Both the position numbers and the translations under genes were made by a program. Positions 63,789 to 64,000 of a stretch of 64,000 nt of DNA are shown piece by piece. Source of the DNA: Clostridia bacterium (GTDB lineage Bacteria; Bacillota; Clostridia; JAAYHZ01); NCBI GenBank assembly GCA_050950825.1, contig JBMNIH010000001.1, positions 55,073-119,072 of the forward strand, read 5' to 3'. The notes below the pieces were generated by a model. That model had not been told where the DNA came from. It saw only the letters and a list, made by a program, of their open reading frames with translations, and ran no database searches. Each line of letters starts with the position of its first letter. The stretch's first letter is position 1.

Positions 63789-64000
63789 TTAAAAAATCAA
63801 TAAATATGCTAATAGCACGGACATAACGCTTAATAGCGTTCCCAGAAGATAGTATTCCGAAAATTTAGGATCCTCCACGATCTTGTTATAGCGCGCTATG
63901 GATTTTGCCGTTAATACCAGTCCGATAGCGGAATACTGTCCCATGTATAAAAACAGTAAAATGATACACCGCTCCAATATCCCTATAAACGCACCGGCAT
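63789..64000 (-). CDS. 3' end of DUF3307-like membrane protein (partial)
   Basis: AGAFIGILER..AIGLVLTAKSIARY..EYYLLGTLLS. Confidence 0.75.
   Translation of the reverse strand, partial: AGAFIGILERCIILLFLYMGQYSAIGLVLTAKSIARYNKIVEDPKFSEYYLLGTLLSVMSVLLAYLLIF

Overview
64 kb of chromosome from a Clostridia-type (Bacillota) bacterium; the 16S resembles Acetivibrio/Ruminiclostridium relatives by eye. In order: a complete minus-strand rRNA operon (16S, tRNA-Ile, 23S, 5S, tRNA-Asn); an orphan ABC ATPase with degenerate motifs; an M18 aminopeptidase; a three-gene operon (alpha-oxoamine synthase, tandem VOC, SDR) resembling Bacteroidota sulfonolipid (capnine) biosynthesis genes; a catabolic locus (CBM9-like, heparinase II/III-like, creatinase-like M24, creatininase, GH20-N-like, frameshifted SGNH esterase, alpha/beta hydrolase, NagD-type HAD); an ionophore-resistance-like ABC exporter; an OYE-family reductase; tRNA-Thr; a radical SAM/RNase G/PNP/ahcY/mtaD gene run; and an amino-acid ABC importer. 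tRNA-Pro(CGG) carries an ~8.3 kb integrated phage-satellite-like element (45-bp att repeats, integrase, Xis, primase-helicase with an embedded iteron array, TerS, and a TerL split into ATPase and nuclease genes) with no capsid, portal or tail gene. After it lies a decayed region with a Mu/Tn7-like four-gene transposon inside a solute-binding lipoprotein gene, pseudogenes, a B12 radical SAM enzyme, an ECF sigma-TPR protein and a VanY-like peptidase. The top candidates for novelty are the split-terminase capsid-less element and the SulA/CapB-like operon in a monoderm Clostridium. All family calls come from motifs read by eye; no searches were run.
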